Source: Candidatus Heimdallarchaeota archaeon
GTDB taxonomy: Archaea > Asgardarchaeota > Heimdallarchaeia > Hodarchaeales > Hodarchaeaceae
Assembly: GCA_020353515.1 (NCBI GenBank)
Contig: CP070695.1
Location: 1,207,537-1,271,536 of the forward strand
DNA: 64,000 nt
Direction of reading: 5' to 3'
In this document: piece after piece, positions 47,288 to 58,629 of the stretch
Position numbering within the stretch: the first letter of the stretch is position 1
Layout of the letters: the number at the start of each line of letters is the position of its first letter
Made by a program: the position numbers and the translations under genes
Notes under the pieces: generated by a model
What the model was told of the DNA's origin: nothing
Databases searched by the model: none
Seen by the model: the letters and a program-made list of their open reading frames with translations, nothing else

Positions 47288-50245
47288 TCATCCTTGTTTT
47301 CTTCTTTTCCATCTAATTGCGATAGTTAAGAGGGTAGTCAAGATCAAAGAAACTGACCAACTAGAAGTGATAGACGGAGCTGCCTTAGTTCCGATAGTTT
47401 CTGTAGTAGTTTCAGGTGCTTGAGTACTTGTTGGTACAGCAGTACTTGTAGGTGCAGTGGAAGGAACTGGGCTTTCTGAGATACTGATGAATGAAATTTC
47501 TAATTGACTTAATCCTTTAACGAGTTTTGACTCTATCTTCCCTGATGATGGATTCCCTCCTTGAGAGTTTGTAAAAATTAGAGAATCAAGTATTCCTGAC
47601 AGAGCATTATATGTGAGGTTAAATACGCGTTCTTCTCTTTCGTCCTGTGAGGTGTCACAAGTAAGTATATATCCATGGAGGAATGTACCAGGAGAGGCTG
47701 CTTTCCCAGTATTGTGGAGCGTGGGATCATCTTCCATAATAAAGCAGTAGTCATTTTCAGGAACTGTACCAAAAAACTGGAACGTATAACTGAAATAACG
47801 TTCTGCAGCACGAATCCCTGATTCCAATTCTCCAAATCCATCAGTTGTTACGAGTGGAAGGATAAACCATCCTAAGCGTCTTGATTTTCTCAGGTTATAA
47901 GATGTACCTCCTATCGATACCTCAATGTCATAAGTAACAGGCCCATTTATTTCGACTAATTCATCTTTATTCGGATCAGCAATCCATGTAATATTAATTA
48001 TATCGTCTTTAGCTAAAGTTATATCCGCTTGGTCCCAATGCCACACATTAGAACCATCTTCAGCAACCAATTGGTCAATTTTAAAGCTAATAGTTGTACC
48101 ATTCCGGATTCGGGAATCCCATTGCATATTTTTGTTCGTTGGCCAGCTAGGAAGATCTGGGGGGACATATGCTCGCCATGGAGAGACATCATATCCCTCT
48201 GATTCCAACCAATCTAGTGCTAATTGGCGATCATAACTGTCCCATGCAGCTGTTTCACTTGTTTCTAACCTGGATCCATCTGTTGCTACTATTGATTGTT
48301 TATAAGTGAGTAATTCAGCCTCAGATACAGCAGCCCAAGATACATGAGAAAATGGTGAATAAGCGGGTTTTCCTAAACCACCGAGAAGGTCGTTTATGAT
48401 CTCCTCTCTTGGAATGATGTGCGAGATCGCATGCCGTACACCTTTCCTATTAAAGGGTCTATCAGTACTCCCAAGTTCGGTTGAAGTGGTAAATTTTGGG
48501 TTCATATAGAGAGATTGCCAACCAGATTCAGTACTATATGTTACAGTGATTTTTTCATGATCTTGGAGATGATTAAGAATGGGTGTCATAGTGAATATTG
48601 GATCAATAATGTTGACGCTTCCCTCTTGACAGTTACTAACGATACTGTTCATATCACCTTCAACCATAGTATATTCATCAGGCATATCATCTAGTAAACC
48701 ATCTGCAGCGAGGTAGTGTCGAAGAGTACCATCTTCAACCCAATCTTCTGTTGCATCATCCCATCTGATACCATCAAATTTCTTTAATGTTACGACCTTA
48801 CTTGTGGGATCACGATTGTAGAAGACCAAAGATCCACAGCCTATAGGCCCCTTGTAACCACCTTGATCTTGTGGATTAGCAGTGTTCATAGAGTGTGCAA
48901 TCCAATCTCTGGGTTGAACCTCCCACAAACTTACATCAAAATCACCAGTAGCATCGAAACCATGTGTTCCTGGATCTCCCAAAATATGTTCAGGTTTAAT
49001 AGATGTCGCTAGATTACTAAAAAGGAAAGGGGCATAAATCTGTGCAAGATTAAATTCAATAGTTTCATAGAATCCATCAACATCTTCATCTGTCACTATA
49101 AAGGAAAAATTTCCATGGTTATTTGTCTTATCATCTAAACCAAATGCCGTCTTAAGCGTTGAGTATGATGATGATCCTAAATCTGGTTGAAGTTCTGCTT
49201 GGAATCCGAATGCAACATCCCAGGCATCTACTTTATGGCCATCATGCCAATATACATCATCTCTAATGGTGATTGTGTATTTAGTTCCAGTTAAATCGTA
49301 GGTTCCCATAGCTACAGCAATCCTGGGATATTGCTCAAGATACCCAGAGGTGCCATATATATCGTGATAATGTTCCTTCATCCAGGCTTTGCGATCTACA
49401 TTCGTAGGAATATTCACTTCTCTGGATGGTGTGTTTCCTACGAGGGCATCTTGTACAGGGGCTGCAACATATTGATCGTAAAGAGAATTTCCGAGAAAGT
49501 CATAAAATCTAGTGCCAGAACCAGAAGCACCGAGAACAATTTTCCCAGCGGTACCAGCATAATCACTTTCAAGCCAATGGTTTTCAGCTGAGGCAATGGG
49601 ATAACCCGTAGGATCATAACCATATAGACCTGTTGATACTGCATGGATATTACATTGATGGTAGGTTAATATGTGGGGCATAACATCATAGAAAATTTTT
49701 TGCCAATCAACAATTAGTTGCTTAGCCTTGGAGAAATCTAATTCAACATCAAGTGCATCAATTAAATCTGAAGCCTCACTAGCTCGGTAATCATTGAACT
49801 CGGTGCTTCGATTACTCCACATCATCATATTGTACCCCAAAGGAGGTACCGCATCATTATGATATATTGCGAGTAAATTATTCCCAGGATGACTCGTTGG
49901 AGAACTTATTGTCATACCCAGGAGTGCCAAATCATATCCATCCTCTAAAAAGGTGTTAGCCTCATCATAATAACAACGAGGGCCCATCATACCCCAATTA
50001 ACTAAATCAAGATCACAAGAGATTCCAATACTTTCTAATTCTCTTTCCATCCTATGAGCAAGTTGCATACGATAAATATTGTTTATAGGCGCAATCATGT
50101 GAATATGAAACAATGGATCTGGCTCAGTATCAATTTTTATTGACACAGAATCACCTAAGATCGATATATTAAAAAATAGTAAGGTTGTTATTAATATTAC
50201 AGCAGTTCTAACCTTTAAATTTAAAAAAACTCTTATATTCATCAC
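47288..50245 (-). CDS. Family-5 ABC substrate-binding protein, circularly permuted, with an extra C-terminal domain and membrane anchor
   Basis: Signal peptide; YWHDG..VDAWDVAF, PEHILG, PIGCG and VRHAISH motifs; PTST-rich linker; TM + RWKRRK. Confidence 0.82.
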   Translation of the reverse strand: MMNIRVFLNLKVRTAVILITTLLFFNISILGDSVSIKIDTEPDPLFHIHMIAPINNIYRMQLAHRMERELESIGISCDLDLVNWGMMGPRCYYDEANTFLEDGYDLALLGMTISSPTSHPGNNLLAIYHNDAVPPLGYNMMMWSNRSTEFNDYRASEASDLIDALDVELDFSKAKQLIVDWQKIFYDVMPHILTYHQCNIHAVSTGLYGYDPTGYPIASAENHWLESDYAGTAGKIVLGASGSGTRFYDFLGNSLYDQYVAAPVQDALVGNTPSREVNIPTNVDRKAWMKEHYHDIYGTSGYLEQYPRIAVAMGTYDLTGTKYTITIRDDVYWHDGHKVDAWDVAFGFQAELQPDLGSSSYSTLKTAFGLDDKTNNHGNFSFIVTDEDVDGFYETIEFNLAQIYAPFLFSNLATSIKPEHILGDPGTHGFDATGDFDVSLWEVQPRDWIAHSMNTANPQDQGGYKGPIGCGSLVFYNRDPTSKVVTLKKFDGIRWDDATEDWVEDGTLRHYLAADGLLDDMPDEYTMVEGDMNSIVSNCQEGSVNIIDPIFTMTPILNHLQDHEKITVTYSTESGWQSLYMNPKFTTSTELGSTDRPFNRKGVRHAISHIIPREEIINDLLGGLGKPAYSPFSHVSWAAVSEAELLTYKQSIVATDGSRLETSETAAWDSYDRQLALDWLESEGYDVSPWRAYVPPDLPSWPTNKNMQWDSRIRNGTTISFKIDQLVAEDGSNVWHWDQADITLAKDDIINITWIADPNKDELVEINGPVTYDIEVSIGGTSYNLRKSRRLGWFILPLVTTDGFGELESGIRAAERYFSYTFQFFGTVPENDYCFIMEDDPTLHNTGKAASPGTFLHGYILTCDTSQDEREERVFNLTYNALSGILDSLIFTNSQGGNPSSGKIESKLVKGLSQLEISFISISESPVPSTAPTSTAVPTSTQAPETTTETIGTKAAPSITSSWSVSLILTTLLTIAIRWKRRKQG

Positions 50246-50373
50246 GAATTCTCACCTCTCAGTGAATCGAAAAACAACAACTTCATCTAACAACTTCAAG
50301 ACAATTAAAATGTTTCTAGCATAATAACAAAAAGAGAAAATTCCAAATGATAAAGTGAGTTGGAGTAAAACAA

Positions 50374-51486
50374 ATGGGCCTTAATCACGATGATATTGCT
50401 TATATTACTTCTTTCACAAGACCCGAGCGTGAAAAAGGCTATACCAGAACATTCTACTCCTATCCAGCCAAATTTCTAGCGAAACTACCGAGGGGTATAA
50501 TCGAACGATTCACTACAAAAGGAAATCTCATTCTGGATCCGTTTGTTGGTGGAGGGACAACTGGATTAGAAGCTATGTTATTAGAACGTCAGTTTCTTGG
50601 TTATGATTTAAATCCCTTCGCTATTTTGGTGTCAAATGTCAAAACAACCTACTTAAATCCAGATACTTTAAATTTTCACTTGGATTCGATTCTTACAAAC
50701 CTTAAGAACATAGACGAACCAAAGATTGATCTTCTAGATGAAGATGACAAATTTTGTTTGGGACCGACAATATCGCATGAAATCTATTCATTAGATGAAA
50801 GTATTTCAGACAATTCACAAAGCTCCTCCTTTAAACAATTTTTCAAATTAGTCCTTATCCATGCAGTTAAAATTGTTGGAAGAAGAGATTTTGAAGAGAG
50901 AGGAAACTGGAAATTTGCCTCCATTATTCCTATCTTTGAGCGTAAAGCAAAAAAGATGATACGAGAAATGTCCACTCTCCCCAAAATGGTAAAATTCAAA
51001 CCTGTTTTTAAATTAGCATCCAACCATCAGGTGGAACTAGAAAATGATTCAGTTGATTTAATAGTTACCTCCCCTCCCTATAAAGACAAAGATGTTGAGT
51101 ATCAACAAATTCAAATTCAACGAAGGACTTTACAGCGATCCAAACGCTCTAATATAATATCAGCTATCTTAGGGACGGATCCGCTCCCCAAGAAGCTTTT
51201 ATGTGGTGGTTCTGGGACTAAATACTGGCAAAACAGTTTAAAATCATTACAAGAATGTTATCGAGTCCTTAAACCACAGAAATTTGCTTTCTTTTGGACT
51301 GGATTCAAAAATTCATCTGATTTTGAAGAGTTCAAAAGCCAATTAGTTTCAGTTGGTTTCAACCTGATTACTGCCATTCAAGTAAAATTGAGTGATGATC
51401 GTGCCGCTTCTAGCCGATCTACACATCATGGCAAAGTTACAGGGATGATGAGCCATGATTACCTTTTTACTGTTGAGAAAATATGA
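50374..51486 (+). CDS. Orphan DNA amino-methyltransferase (probably N4-cytosine)
   Basis: YPAKF, LDPFVGGGT (motif I) followed by VTSPPY (motif IV), and YRVLKP. Confidence 0.85.
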   Translation: MGLNHDDIAYITSFTRPEREKGYTRTFYSYPAKFLAKLPRGIIERFTTKGNLILDPFVGGGTTGLEAMLLERQFLGYDLNPFAILVSNVKTTYLNPDTLNFHLDSILTNLKNIDEPKIDLLDEDDKFCLGPTISHEIYSLDESISDNSQSSSFKQFFKLVLIHAVKIVGRRDFEERGNWKFASIIPIFERKAKKMIREMSTLPKMVKFKPVFKLASNHQVELENDSVDLIVTSPPYKDKDVEYQQIQIQRRTLQRSKRSNIISAILGTDPLPKKLLCGGSGTKYWQNSLKSLQECYRVLKPQKFAFFWTGFKNSSDFEEFKSQLVSVGFNLITAIQVKLSDDRAASSRSTHHGKVTGMMSHDYLFTVEKI

Positions 51487-51499
51487 TAAGGACTATGTT

Positions 51500-51832
51500 T
51501 TAACCATAGTAAGACGGAGGATGCTGTTCTTCCTTTTTAACTGGATGTCCTAGTTGGATCTCTCCATGCATACTTTCAAAACGTTTTACATGCTCAATCA
51601 TCCACAATGCCATCCTTTTAAATACTGCAGGGCTCATTTTTACATTAACTACAAAATTGTGTTCAATAGTATCTAAAATAATCTGTCCTGGCCGATCACT
51701 TTCACGGGGTATTAGTTGATCTTGGAAAAAGCTGATATTCCCCTCATTAGGATTTACTCCCCCAAAAAATCCTGAAATCGCGAAGCTCGGTACATCCTCA
51801 AATTTCACTTTAATTATTGGCTGTTTTTGCAT
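51500..51832 (-). CDS. Hypothetical protein (DUF3467-like)
   Basis: 110-aa ORF with V.MSP..FK..A......V..FE..HGEI pattern. Confidence 0.55.
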   Translation of the reverse strand: MQKQPIIKVKFEDVPSFAISGFFGGVNPNEGNISFFQDQLIPRESDRPGQIILDTIEHNFVVNVKMSPAVFKRMALWMIEHVKRFESMHGEIQLGHPVKKEEQHPPSYYG

Positions 51833-52078
51833 TTTTCTTCCCTTTTATCTATAATAGAAAGCATTCATAAGCTTCATTAAACTCTTTTCCGTTAATATTT
51901 TTTAATAGGTTAATAAAGGTACAACCATTATGCTATAATACCAGAGACACTGGTATCAATATAAAACTGGAATATTTCGGTTTTAAGGACAAGTTTTGCA
52001 CGAATTGAATACTGATTGAACATAAAAGCGTAAGAAAAAGAACGACAACCCTTTACAAATATATGAGGTTGTACAGTA

Positions 52079-54529
52079 ATGTCCACAATTCCTGATCCTC
52101 TAATTGGCTTGATCCTGATAATCCTAGCAGTATCTGTCATACTTAGTTTGACAATTTATTCTTTAATTCAAGTAGTATTCTTGGGGAGGAAACGTTATGT
52201 TATCGGACCTAAACTATCCAAAGGACAGGATACTGTCTTAAGTGGCGCAGATCTCTCACGTGACATGACTGTAACTCAAGCAACAATGACTGGAGTGGGA
52301 GCTATGATTGGAGCAGGTATTTTTGTCCTTACAGGGATTGCTGCAGGGATTGCTGGACCAGGATTATTAGTTGCCTTTGCTTTCAACGGAGTGATTGCAA
52401 CTTTGATTGCTATGGTATATGCAGAATTGGGATCCGCAATACCAGAAGCAGGTGGGGGATATATTTGGGCCCGAGCTGGATTAGGAGAGCGACAAGGCTT
52501 CTTAACTGGTTGGATGAGTTGGTTCGCAGCTGCAGTTGCAGGGTCTCTTTATGCACTTGGTTTTGCGGCATATTTTGTAGCACTACTTGGAAATCTTGGG
52601 GTGAATATTCCTTCAGAAAATATCTTCTTTATCGAAAAGATTATTGCAGTAATTGCTATAATACTATTTCTAGTCATTAATCAATTTGGATCTTCTGTCA
52701 TGGGAAAAGCAGAGATTTGGATTTCAGGTATCAAAGTAATAGTCCTTGTTTTCTTCATCTTAACTGGTTTGATAATTATAACATCAAATCCTTCTTTAGC
52801 ATCATCAAATTTCAGTAATTTTTTTCCTAGAGGCTTTTTCTCGATTTTCACTGCGATGGGGTTCACTTTCATTGCCTTCGAGGGATATGAAGTTGTATGT
52901 CAAGCTGGGGAGGAGATTTATGATCCAAAAACTAGTGTTCCGAAATCAGTTATTTTATCTGTATTAATCGTGATACCTATATATCTATTGGTAGGAGTAG
53001 TCTCTCTTGGAGCATTTACTGTAGAAGGTCAGGCTACTTGGCAATTTTTAAGCGAAAATAAAGAATTAGGACTTCTTTTTGCTGCTCAACAGATGCTCCC
53101 AGGCTTAGGCTTAGTGGTTATTCTTTTTGGAGGAATATTGTCAACTCTATCAGCTTTAAATGCTGTTCTCTTTTCATCGACTCGGGTCGCTTTTGCTTTA
53201 GCTAGACATGGATCCTTACCCCCACAGTTGGCAGCAGTTTCAGCTAAAACGCATACTCCAGTCAATTCTATATATATGACGGGATTAGTTGTTATCTTAA
53301 TGGCTGTTTTAATTCCTATTGAAGCTGTAGCAACATCCGCTGATTTGATGTTTATGATGCTATTCGGACAGGTAATGATAGCTGCGATTTTAATACGCAG
53401 AAAAGTTAGGGTTTCTAAAGAAAAACTAGATTATGGATACAAAACTCCATTATTCCCGCTAATCCCTGTGTTGGGAGGATTAGCTTTATTCTTAATCTTT
53501 TCTTTTACAATATTTTTACATTTGGAGGCTTTAGTAACAACGTTAATCTGGCTAGTGCTTGGGGAAATCGTTTATGAAGGATATGCTCGCAGGAGGATCT
53601 CACTCAGAGTCCCCTCGAAATTAGCAAAGCATGCTCGTCCTCGAGCTAACTATATCCCAGAAGCGTTCTTTACTACTGTTTTAAACAATATACTAGTTCC
53701 TGTACGAGGAAGATCATTTGAGTGGGATACCATCCGAATAGCAATTCATATTGCTCATGAATTTGGTCCAAAAGTAACTCTTTACCACTTTGGATTCAAG
53801 ACTAAAGATTCTTTTAGTGATTATACAGATGAATTCAAACGGTTTCGTATTCCTTATGAAGTAAAAATTGTTGCCCCTTCTCATAAAAATATTTCTTCTC
53901 GTGATATCATTCAACACATGATCGAAGTAGCTAGTACAGGAGAATATCAATTAGCTATACTACCCTCTCGACGCAAACGAAAATTCGGGCAAATCAGTGT
54001 TTCTCATAATGCACTCCGTAAAATGCCCATTCCTGGACTTCAAGTTTTTCCAGGTAAGAAGGAGATTATTGAAAAGAAATTAACATTTGAGCATGTAGGC
54101 GCTTTAACTCCAGGCAGCAAGCGTGACCCTTTCTTAATACAGCTTGGTATTGCTATGGTCTCGTCAACAAGAATCGCTGATCTAGTTGCGTATCACTGGA
54201 CTCATGTACCCAAGTTAATTACGCCTAAAGTGATGTCTGAAGCCCCTGGAGTACAGGAGAATATTTCTATTTTCTTACATACTATTGGAGAAGCTCTCCG
54301 GATGGGAATTCCTATTGAGCAAAGACATGTTTTAGGCCATGATTTCGTCAAATCGATTGCAGAAGTTGTCAAGAAAGATCAATTAGAACTTTTAATTCTT
54401 GGGTATGGTAAACCCCGTTTAGGGCGGAGACCATCTGAAAAATTGGTTCAAAATATCGATTGTACTGCCGTCGTATTTCATGGTAGGCCATTTTACCAAA
54501 TAAGAGAAGGATCGACACCCTCTTTCTAG
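52079..54529 (+). CDS. APC-family amino-acid permease with C-terminal USP-like domains
   Basis: GAMIGAGIF, YAELGSAIPEAGGGY, FIAFEGYE; cytoplasmic NILVPV and LLILG USP-like segments. Confidence 0.9.
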   Translation: MSTIPDPLIGLILIILAVSVILSLTIYSLIQVVFLGRKRYVIGPKLSKGQDTVLSGADLSRDMTVTQATMTGVGAMIGAGIFVLTGIAAGIAGPGLLVAFAFNGVIATLIAMVYAELGSAIPEAGGGYIWARAGLGERQGFLTGWMSWFAAAVAGSLYALGFAAYFVALLGNLGVNIPSENIFFIEKIIAVIAIILFLVINQFGSSVMGKAEIWISGIKVIVLVFFILTGLIIITSNPSLASSNFSNFFPRGFFSIFTAMGFTFIAFEGYEVVCQAGEEIYDPKTSVPKSVILSVLIVIPIYLLVGVVSLGAFTVEGQATWQFLSENKELGLLFAAQQMLPGLGLVVILFGGILSTLSALNAVLFSSTRVAFALARHGSLPPQLAAVSAKTHTPVNSIYMTGLVVILMAVLIPIEAVATSADLMFMMLFGQVMIAAILIRRKVRVSKEKLDYGYKTPLFPLIPVLGGLALFLIFSFTIFLHLEALVTTLIWLVLGEIVYEGYARRRISLRVPSKLAKHARPRANYIPEAFFTTVLNNILVPVRGRSFEWDTIRIAIHIAHEFGPKVTLYHFGFKTKDSFSDYTDEFKRFRIPYEVKIVAPSHKNISSRDIIQHMIEVASTGEYQLAILPSRRKRKFGQISVSHNALRKMPIPGLQVFPGKKEIIEKKLTFEHVGALTPGSKRDPFLIQLGIAMVSSTRIADLVAYHWTHVPKLITPKVMSEAPGVQENISIFLHTIGEALRMGIPIEQRHVLGHDFVKSIAEVVKKDQLELLILGYGKPRLGRRPSEKLVQNIDCTAVVFHGRPFYQIREGSTPSF

Positions 54530-54542
54530 CGCGTTAATGAAA

Positions 54543-55061
54543 TCATGACCTTAACTTATCAACGATTAAATCTGAGATCTGCCGGAGGTATTCTTGGTCA
54601 GTCTCATCAAAAGCTCCAACCTCATCGGAATCTACGTCGATCTGACCTATTATATCCTTCTCATCTTCAATTAAAACTACGATTTCAGATCGGGTTTCTA
54701 GAGAACAAGCTAAGTAGTTCTCCTCTTTTGTAACATCTTCTATAATTTTGTCAGTTTTATCTGCAACAGCAGAACCACAAACTCCTTTACCGACTGGAAT
54801 ATGAGTATGTTCTGTAGGTTTACCAACATAGTAATCCAATACAAGCTGGTTTTTCTCGTTGTCGAGTAGATAAATACCCACCCAGTTAAAGTATGGAATA
54901 GTTGAAAGTTGGTCAACCACGCTATTGTACATCATTTTTACTGTAAGATCTTCGATTTGAAATAATTTTTGCTCGATAAATTGAAGAATTGAACGAAATT
55001 GCTTTTCTTTTTCGATTTTTTCCATGTTTTCAACGTTACCTAGAGGGAAATACAAACTCAA
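54543..55061 (-). CDS. msrC: GAF-domain free methionine-R-sulfoxide reductase-like protein
   Basis: NWVGIY, GKGVCG, YLACS.ETRSEIVV and IDVDS motifs; start may be downstream. Confidence 0.8.
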   Translation of the reverse strand: MSLYFPLGNVENMEKIEKEKQFRSILQFIEQKLFQIEDLTVKMMYNSVVDQLSTIPYFNWVGIYLLDNEKNQLVLDYYVGKPTEHTHIPVGKGVCGSAVADKTDKIIEDVTKEENYLACSLETRSEIVVLIEDEKDIIGQIDVDSDEVGAFDETDQEYLRQISDLIVDKLRS

Positions 55062-55189
55062 TCCAATATTGGAATTTAGTTCTGATCAAAAACCAATTTA
55101 ATGTCTTCAAATGATTCTATGTAAGGAAAGGTTCTTGAGGATAAAGAATTTTCTCCTATAAATAATAATATTGTGGAGCTAGTAGAATC

Positions 55190-56215
55190 ATGTCTGAATA
55201 TTCACGTGTAGCACTCTATTTACAGGATAAACATGACATTCCCAAGTCAATAGAATTTGCAAAATATGCAGAGAATAAAGGATTTGAAGCTGTTTGGCAA
55301 GCTGAGTCTAGATTAGCTCGTGTGGCTACTATCCCACTTTCTGCAATGGCTGCAGTTACAAAGAAGATTAAATTAGGCACAGGAGTGGTTAATAATCTGA
55401 CACGTAACGTTGCATTAATGGCAGCGACATTTAGCACGATGGATCAAATGGCACCTGGGAGGTTTATATGCGGAATTGGCGCTTGGTGGGAACCCCTAGC
55501 AAGTAAGGTAGGTACACCTCGTAAAAAACCATTAAAACTGATGAGAGAGTACACAACAGTTATGAAGAAACTCCTTAACATGGAAACTGTTACTTTTGAC
55601 GGTGAATTTGTGCATGTGGATGGGATACGATTAGATATCGTTCATGGTGATCCAAATAAACCACGAGAAGTACCAATATTAATTGGTGCAACAGGTATGA
55701 AAATGATGGAACTTACTGGGGAGCTTTGTGCACGTAAATTAGCTGATGGTGCCCTACTCAATTATATGGTTTCTCCTGATTACAACCATACTGCTCTAAA
55801 GCACTTAAAGATTGGAGCAAAAAAAGGTGGAGGTTCACTGGAAGACATTGATAGACCTCAGCTGATAGTCTGTTCAATGGATCTCGATCGTGAAAAAGCA
55901 TTAAATGAAGCCCGCGAACTTCTAACTCAGTACATGGGCCAACAACCACATTTGATGAAGGCTAGTAAGATGCCTCAAGATATCCTTGATAAAATCCATG
56001 AGGAACTCACCTGGCCAGCAACCCGAGAACAGATCAATAAAGCAATGAAACATATCCCAGATGAGATTGTCCAGAAGATAACCGCAAGCGGAAAGCCAAA
56101 TGAATGTCTAGAACAGGTAAACCAATGGATTGAGAGTGGCTGCACATGTCCCGTCCTTTATCAACTCTCAGATGACGTAAAACTGATGATTGACACATTT
56201 TCTCCGAATCATTAA
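55190..56215 (+). CDS. LLM-class (Mer-like) flavin/F420-dependent oxidoreductase
   Basis: [25 protein letters not shown] and ILIGATG motifs. Confidence 0.88.
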   Translation: MSEYSRVALYLQDKHDIPKSIEFAKYAENKGFEAVWQAESRLARVATIPLSAMAAVTKKIKLGTGVVNNLTRNVALMAATFSTMDQMAPGRFICGIGAWWEPLASKVGTPRKKPLKLMREYTTVMKKLLNMETVTFDGEFVHVDGIRLDIVHGDPNKPREVPILIGATGMKMMELTGELCARKLADGALLNYMVSPDYNHTALKHLKIGAKKGGGSLEDIDRPQLIVCSMDLDREKALNEARELLTQYMGQQPHLMKASKMPQDILDKIHEELTWPATREQINKAMKHIPDEIVQKITASGKPNECLEQVNQWIESGCTCPVLYQLSDDVKLMIDTFSPNH

Positions 56216-56269
56216 AACTTCTTCCAATCTCCACTTTTAAATTATTATCAGATGTTTCAGAAATTATTG

Positions 56270-56854
56270 TTATAGAAATTCAAGAACCATTACAAGGATA
56301 GCTGTGACCACTCCTGCAATTATCATTCTAATTCCATTTAAAATAATATTTTCCTTTGAAATCTTACCCAGATAAGCCCCTAAAATAAATAAAGATAATC
56401 CAGTGAATAAAACGGATGAAATATATGCGAATTGAATTGGCCATTTAAGAAAATATGCTCCGAAGAATGGGAGAAATGAAAAAGATGCTGCCACAAAAGG
56501 ACTAAGACCATCCACAATAGCTACAAAATACGATGAAATCGTTGCTGCTTGATTCACAACAGTATGATCAAATTCCTCAAGCATTACTGATTCAATTTCA
56601 GCTAATTCTTCTTTCTTTACCGCGCTTTCTGTCAAATAGGCACCGAAACCCCCTGAAACAGCCATTGCAATACTTGCTCCAAGACCAGCCAAGATTAATG
56701 TTCTGGGATCATCTACATTTGCAAGAAAACTGCCTATGATAATACCTAGTGCTGTAAGAGCTCCATCAAAGCTATTCATAACCATATAACGCTTTGCGAT
56801 TCCCTCCGTCTCTCCCATTTGGAGGAGATTTATTATTTGTTTAAACGATTTCAT
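56270..56854 (-). CDS. VIT1/CCC1-family metal transporter-like membrane protein
   Basis: NSFDGALT, SIAMAVSGGFGAYLTE and LFILGAYLGK motifs. Confidence 0.82.
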   Translation of the reverse strand: MKSFKQIINLLQMGETEGIAKRYMVMNSFDGALTALGIIIGSFLANVDDPRTLILAGLGASIAMAVSGGFGAYLTESAVKKEELAEIESVMLEEFDHTVVNQAATISSYFVAIVDGLSPFVAASFSFLPFFGAYFLKWPIQFAYISSVLFTGLSLFILGAYLGKISKENIILNGIRMIIAGVVTAILVMVLEFL

Positions 56855-56959
56855 TCAGGCAAACCAAAAGAATTTTTCAGCTGTTAATCATGGTTAAAGG
56901 GAACTAATTAATACTTTTCATGCGAAAAAAAATTGTTTTAAGCTTGACTACAAGAAGTC

Positions 56960-58366
56960 TTATGATTCCTCTTCCTCAGGTTTCTCCTCGGTACTTTCCT
57001 TTGTTTCTTCACTTTTCTTTTTGCGGTGAACAAGTAAAGTTTCAATCCGCACTTCAGTGCTTTCTTTTACAGTAAAGACGATATTAGCGATTTTGAAAAC
57101 TTCTTTTTCTTTAGGTAATCGGCCTAACTTTTCCTGAATAAAACCCCCAATAGTTACAGAGATGTCTGATTGAAAGTTTGTCTTGAAATATTTGTTAAAG
57201 TCATCTAATGAGGTTTGACCACTTACTTTTGACTCCCCTTCATTCTCTTCCGATGGCGTGATTTCGGCAGGTTCGTAGTCATATTCGTCTTGGATGTCAC
57301 CAACTAAAAGCTCTAAAATGTCTTCCAATGTTATTAGTCCTACCACTTCCCCAAATTCATCTACAACAATGGCTGAATGTCGTTTGGTGTTTTGTAATTT
57401 CTCTAGTAATAAGTCTGCTCTCATTGTTTCTGGAACATAGTCCGCCTCCCTTAACAATTGGGAAATATCAATCTGATCCTTCTTGTCACTTATTTCATCA
57501 GCATTTAGAAACAGTTCCAAATAATTTAAAAGATCTTTGGCGTATAAAAACCCAACAATTATCTCTCGTGATTCATCAAAGACAGGAAACCTGGAATGTC
57601 CTGTATTATTTACACACTTTATGATCTCTTCAAAATCATCAGTGATAGTGATTGCCTTCATTTCGTATCGTGGAGTCATTAACATTCTTATTTGAGTGTC
57701 AGGTAGATCAAAAGTCCGTTTTAAGATAGCACTTTCGCGTTCATCGAGAATACCAGCCTCAGAAGATTGGGAAATAAGCAATTTCAGCTCAGCCTCAGAA
57801 TGAACTGTTCTATGACCAACTATTGGCTTTATACCAAAAAGTGCTAAGACTAACCAGCCTGTTTGATTAAATACCCATATTACTGGTTTGAATAACAAAG
57901 CAAACCAATGCAGGGGTTTTGCAACCCATAAACTTGTTCGTTCTGGATATTGAAGAGCTACGCTTTTGGGCGCTAATTCACCAAGTACGACATGCATGTA
58001 GGTAGTAATGGCGAGTGCTAACAAACCACCTAGTGTAAGCCCACCTAAAATTGCTACTGCTTTAAAATCTTCAGGAAAAATCTCCTCTATCACTGGTTCT
58101 ATAGAAGCTCCAGCTAAAAATCCAAGGGCAAGACTTGCCATCGTAATTCCAAGTTGAGTTGCACTAATTACCTCATCTTGATTTTGAATGGCTAGTTGAA
58201 CCGCTTTTGCTCTTCGACCACCCGTTTTACGTACCAGTTCCTCAATTCTTGAAGGCCGAACACTTACAAGAGCAAATTCGGCTGCCACGAAGAAACCATT
58301 CAGTAGTACGAGAATGAATGCGAGAATGAGCGCGAAAATAAATCCAACAAGATCGAATGAAGCCAT
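56960..58366 (-). CDS. HlyC/CorC (CNNM) family protein: DUF21 + CBS pair + CorC domain
   Basis: NGFFVAAEFALV, GELAPKS, HSRFPV, VVDEFG..GLITLEDILE. Start moved to ATG 58366 (MASFDL). Confidence 0.9.
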   Translation of the reverse strand: MASFDLVGFIFALILAFILVLLNGFFVAAEFALVSVRPSRIEELVRKTGGRRAKAVQLAIQNQDEVISATQLGITMASLALGFLAGASIEPVIEEIFPEDFKAVAILGGLTLGGLLALAITTYMHVVLGELAPKSVALQYPERTSLWVAKPLHWFALLFKPVIWVFNQTGWLVLALFGIKPIVGHRTVHSEAELKLLISQSSEAGILDERESAILKRTFDLPDTQIRMLMTPRYEMKAITITDDFEEIIKCVNNTGHSRFPVFDESREIIVGFLYAKDLLNYLELFLNADEISDKKDQIDISQLLREADYVPETMRADLLLEKLQNTKRHSAIVVDEFGEVVGLITLEDILELLVGDIQDEYDYEPAEITPSEENEGESKVSGQTSLDDFNKYFKTNFQSDISVTIGGFIQEKLGRLPKEKEVFKIANIVFTVKESTEVRIETLLVHRKKKSEETKESTEEKPEEEES

Positions 58367-58629
58367 ATTATTTCGGTTTGCTCCGATTAAGACCCAATAC
58401 TTACCTATAATAGCCTTAATAGTCCAACAAGTAATGAGGATTGAGGTCAATTCGACTTGGGCTAATTAGTCAAAATCACATATCTGCGTTTTTTAAGATT
58501 TTTTCTCAGATTGAATTCCTCGAAATTTATGGAAAACAATGCTCATTTAATTTACTTAATTCTTTTTTGCTAAATATTCTCTAGAGAGATCCTTATAGAA
58601 AAAGAGAAAAAAAAGAAGAATCAAAGATT

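Noticed and set aside
47400-47475. Short tandem-like repeats encoding PTST/PSTA
   Set aside because: An ordinary low-complexity Ser/Thr/Pro linker before a membrane anchor.
18036-51486. Defence island made of the OLD nuclease and two methyltransferases
   Set aside because: The genes are 10-19 kb apart among housekeeping genes, with no integrase or boundary repeats.
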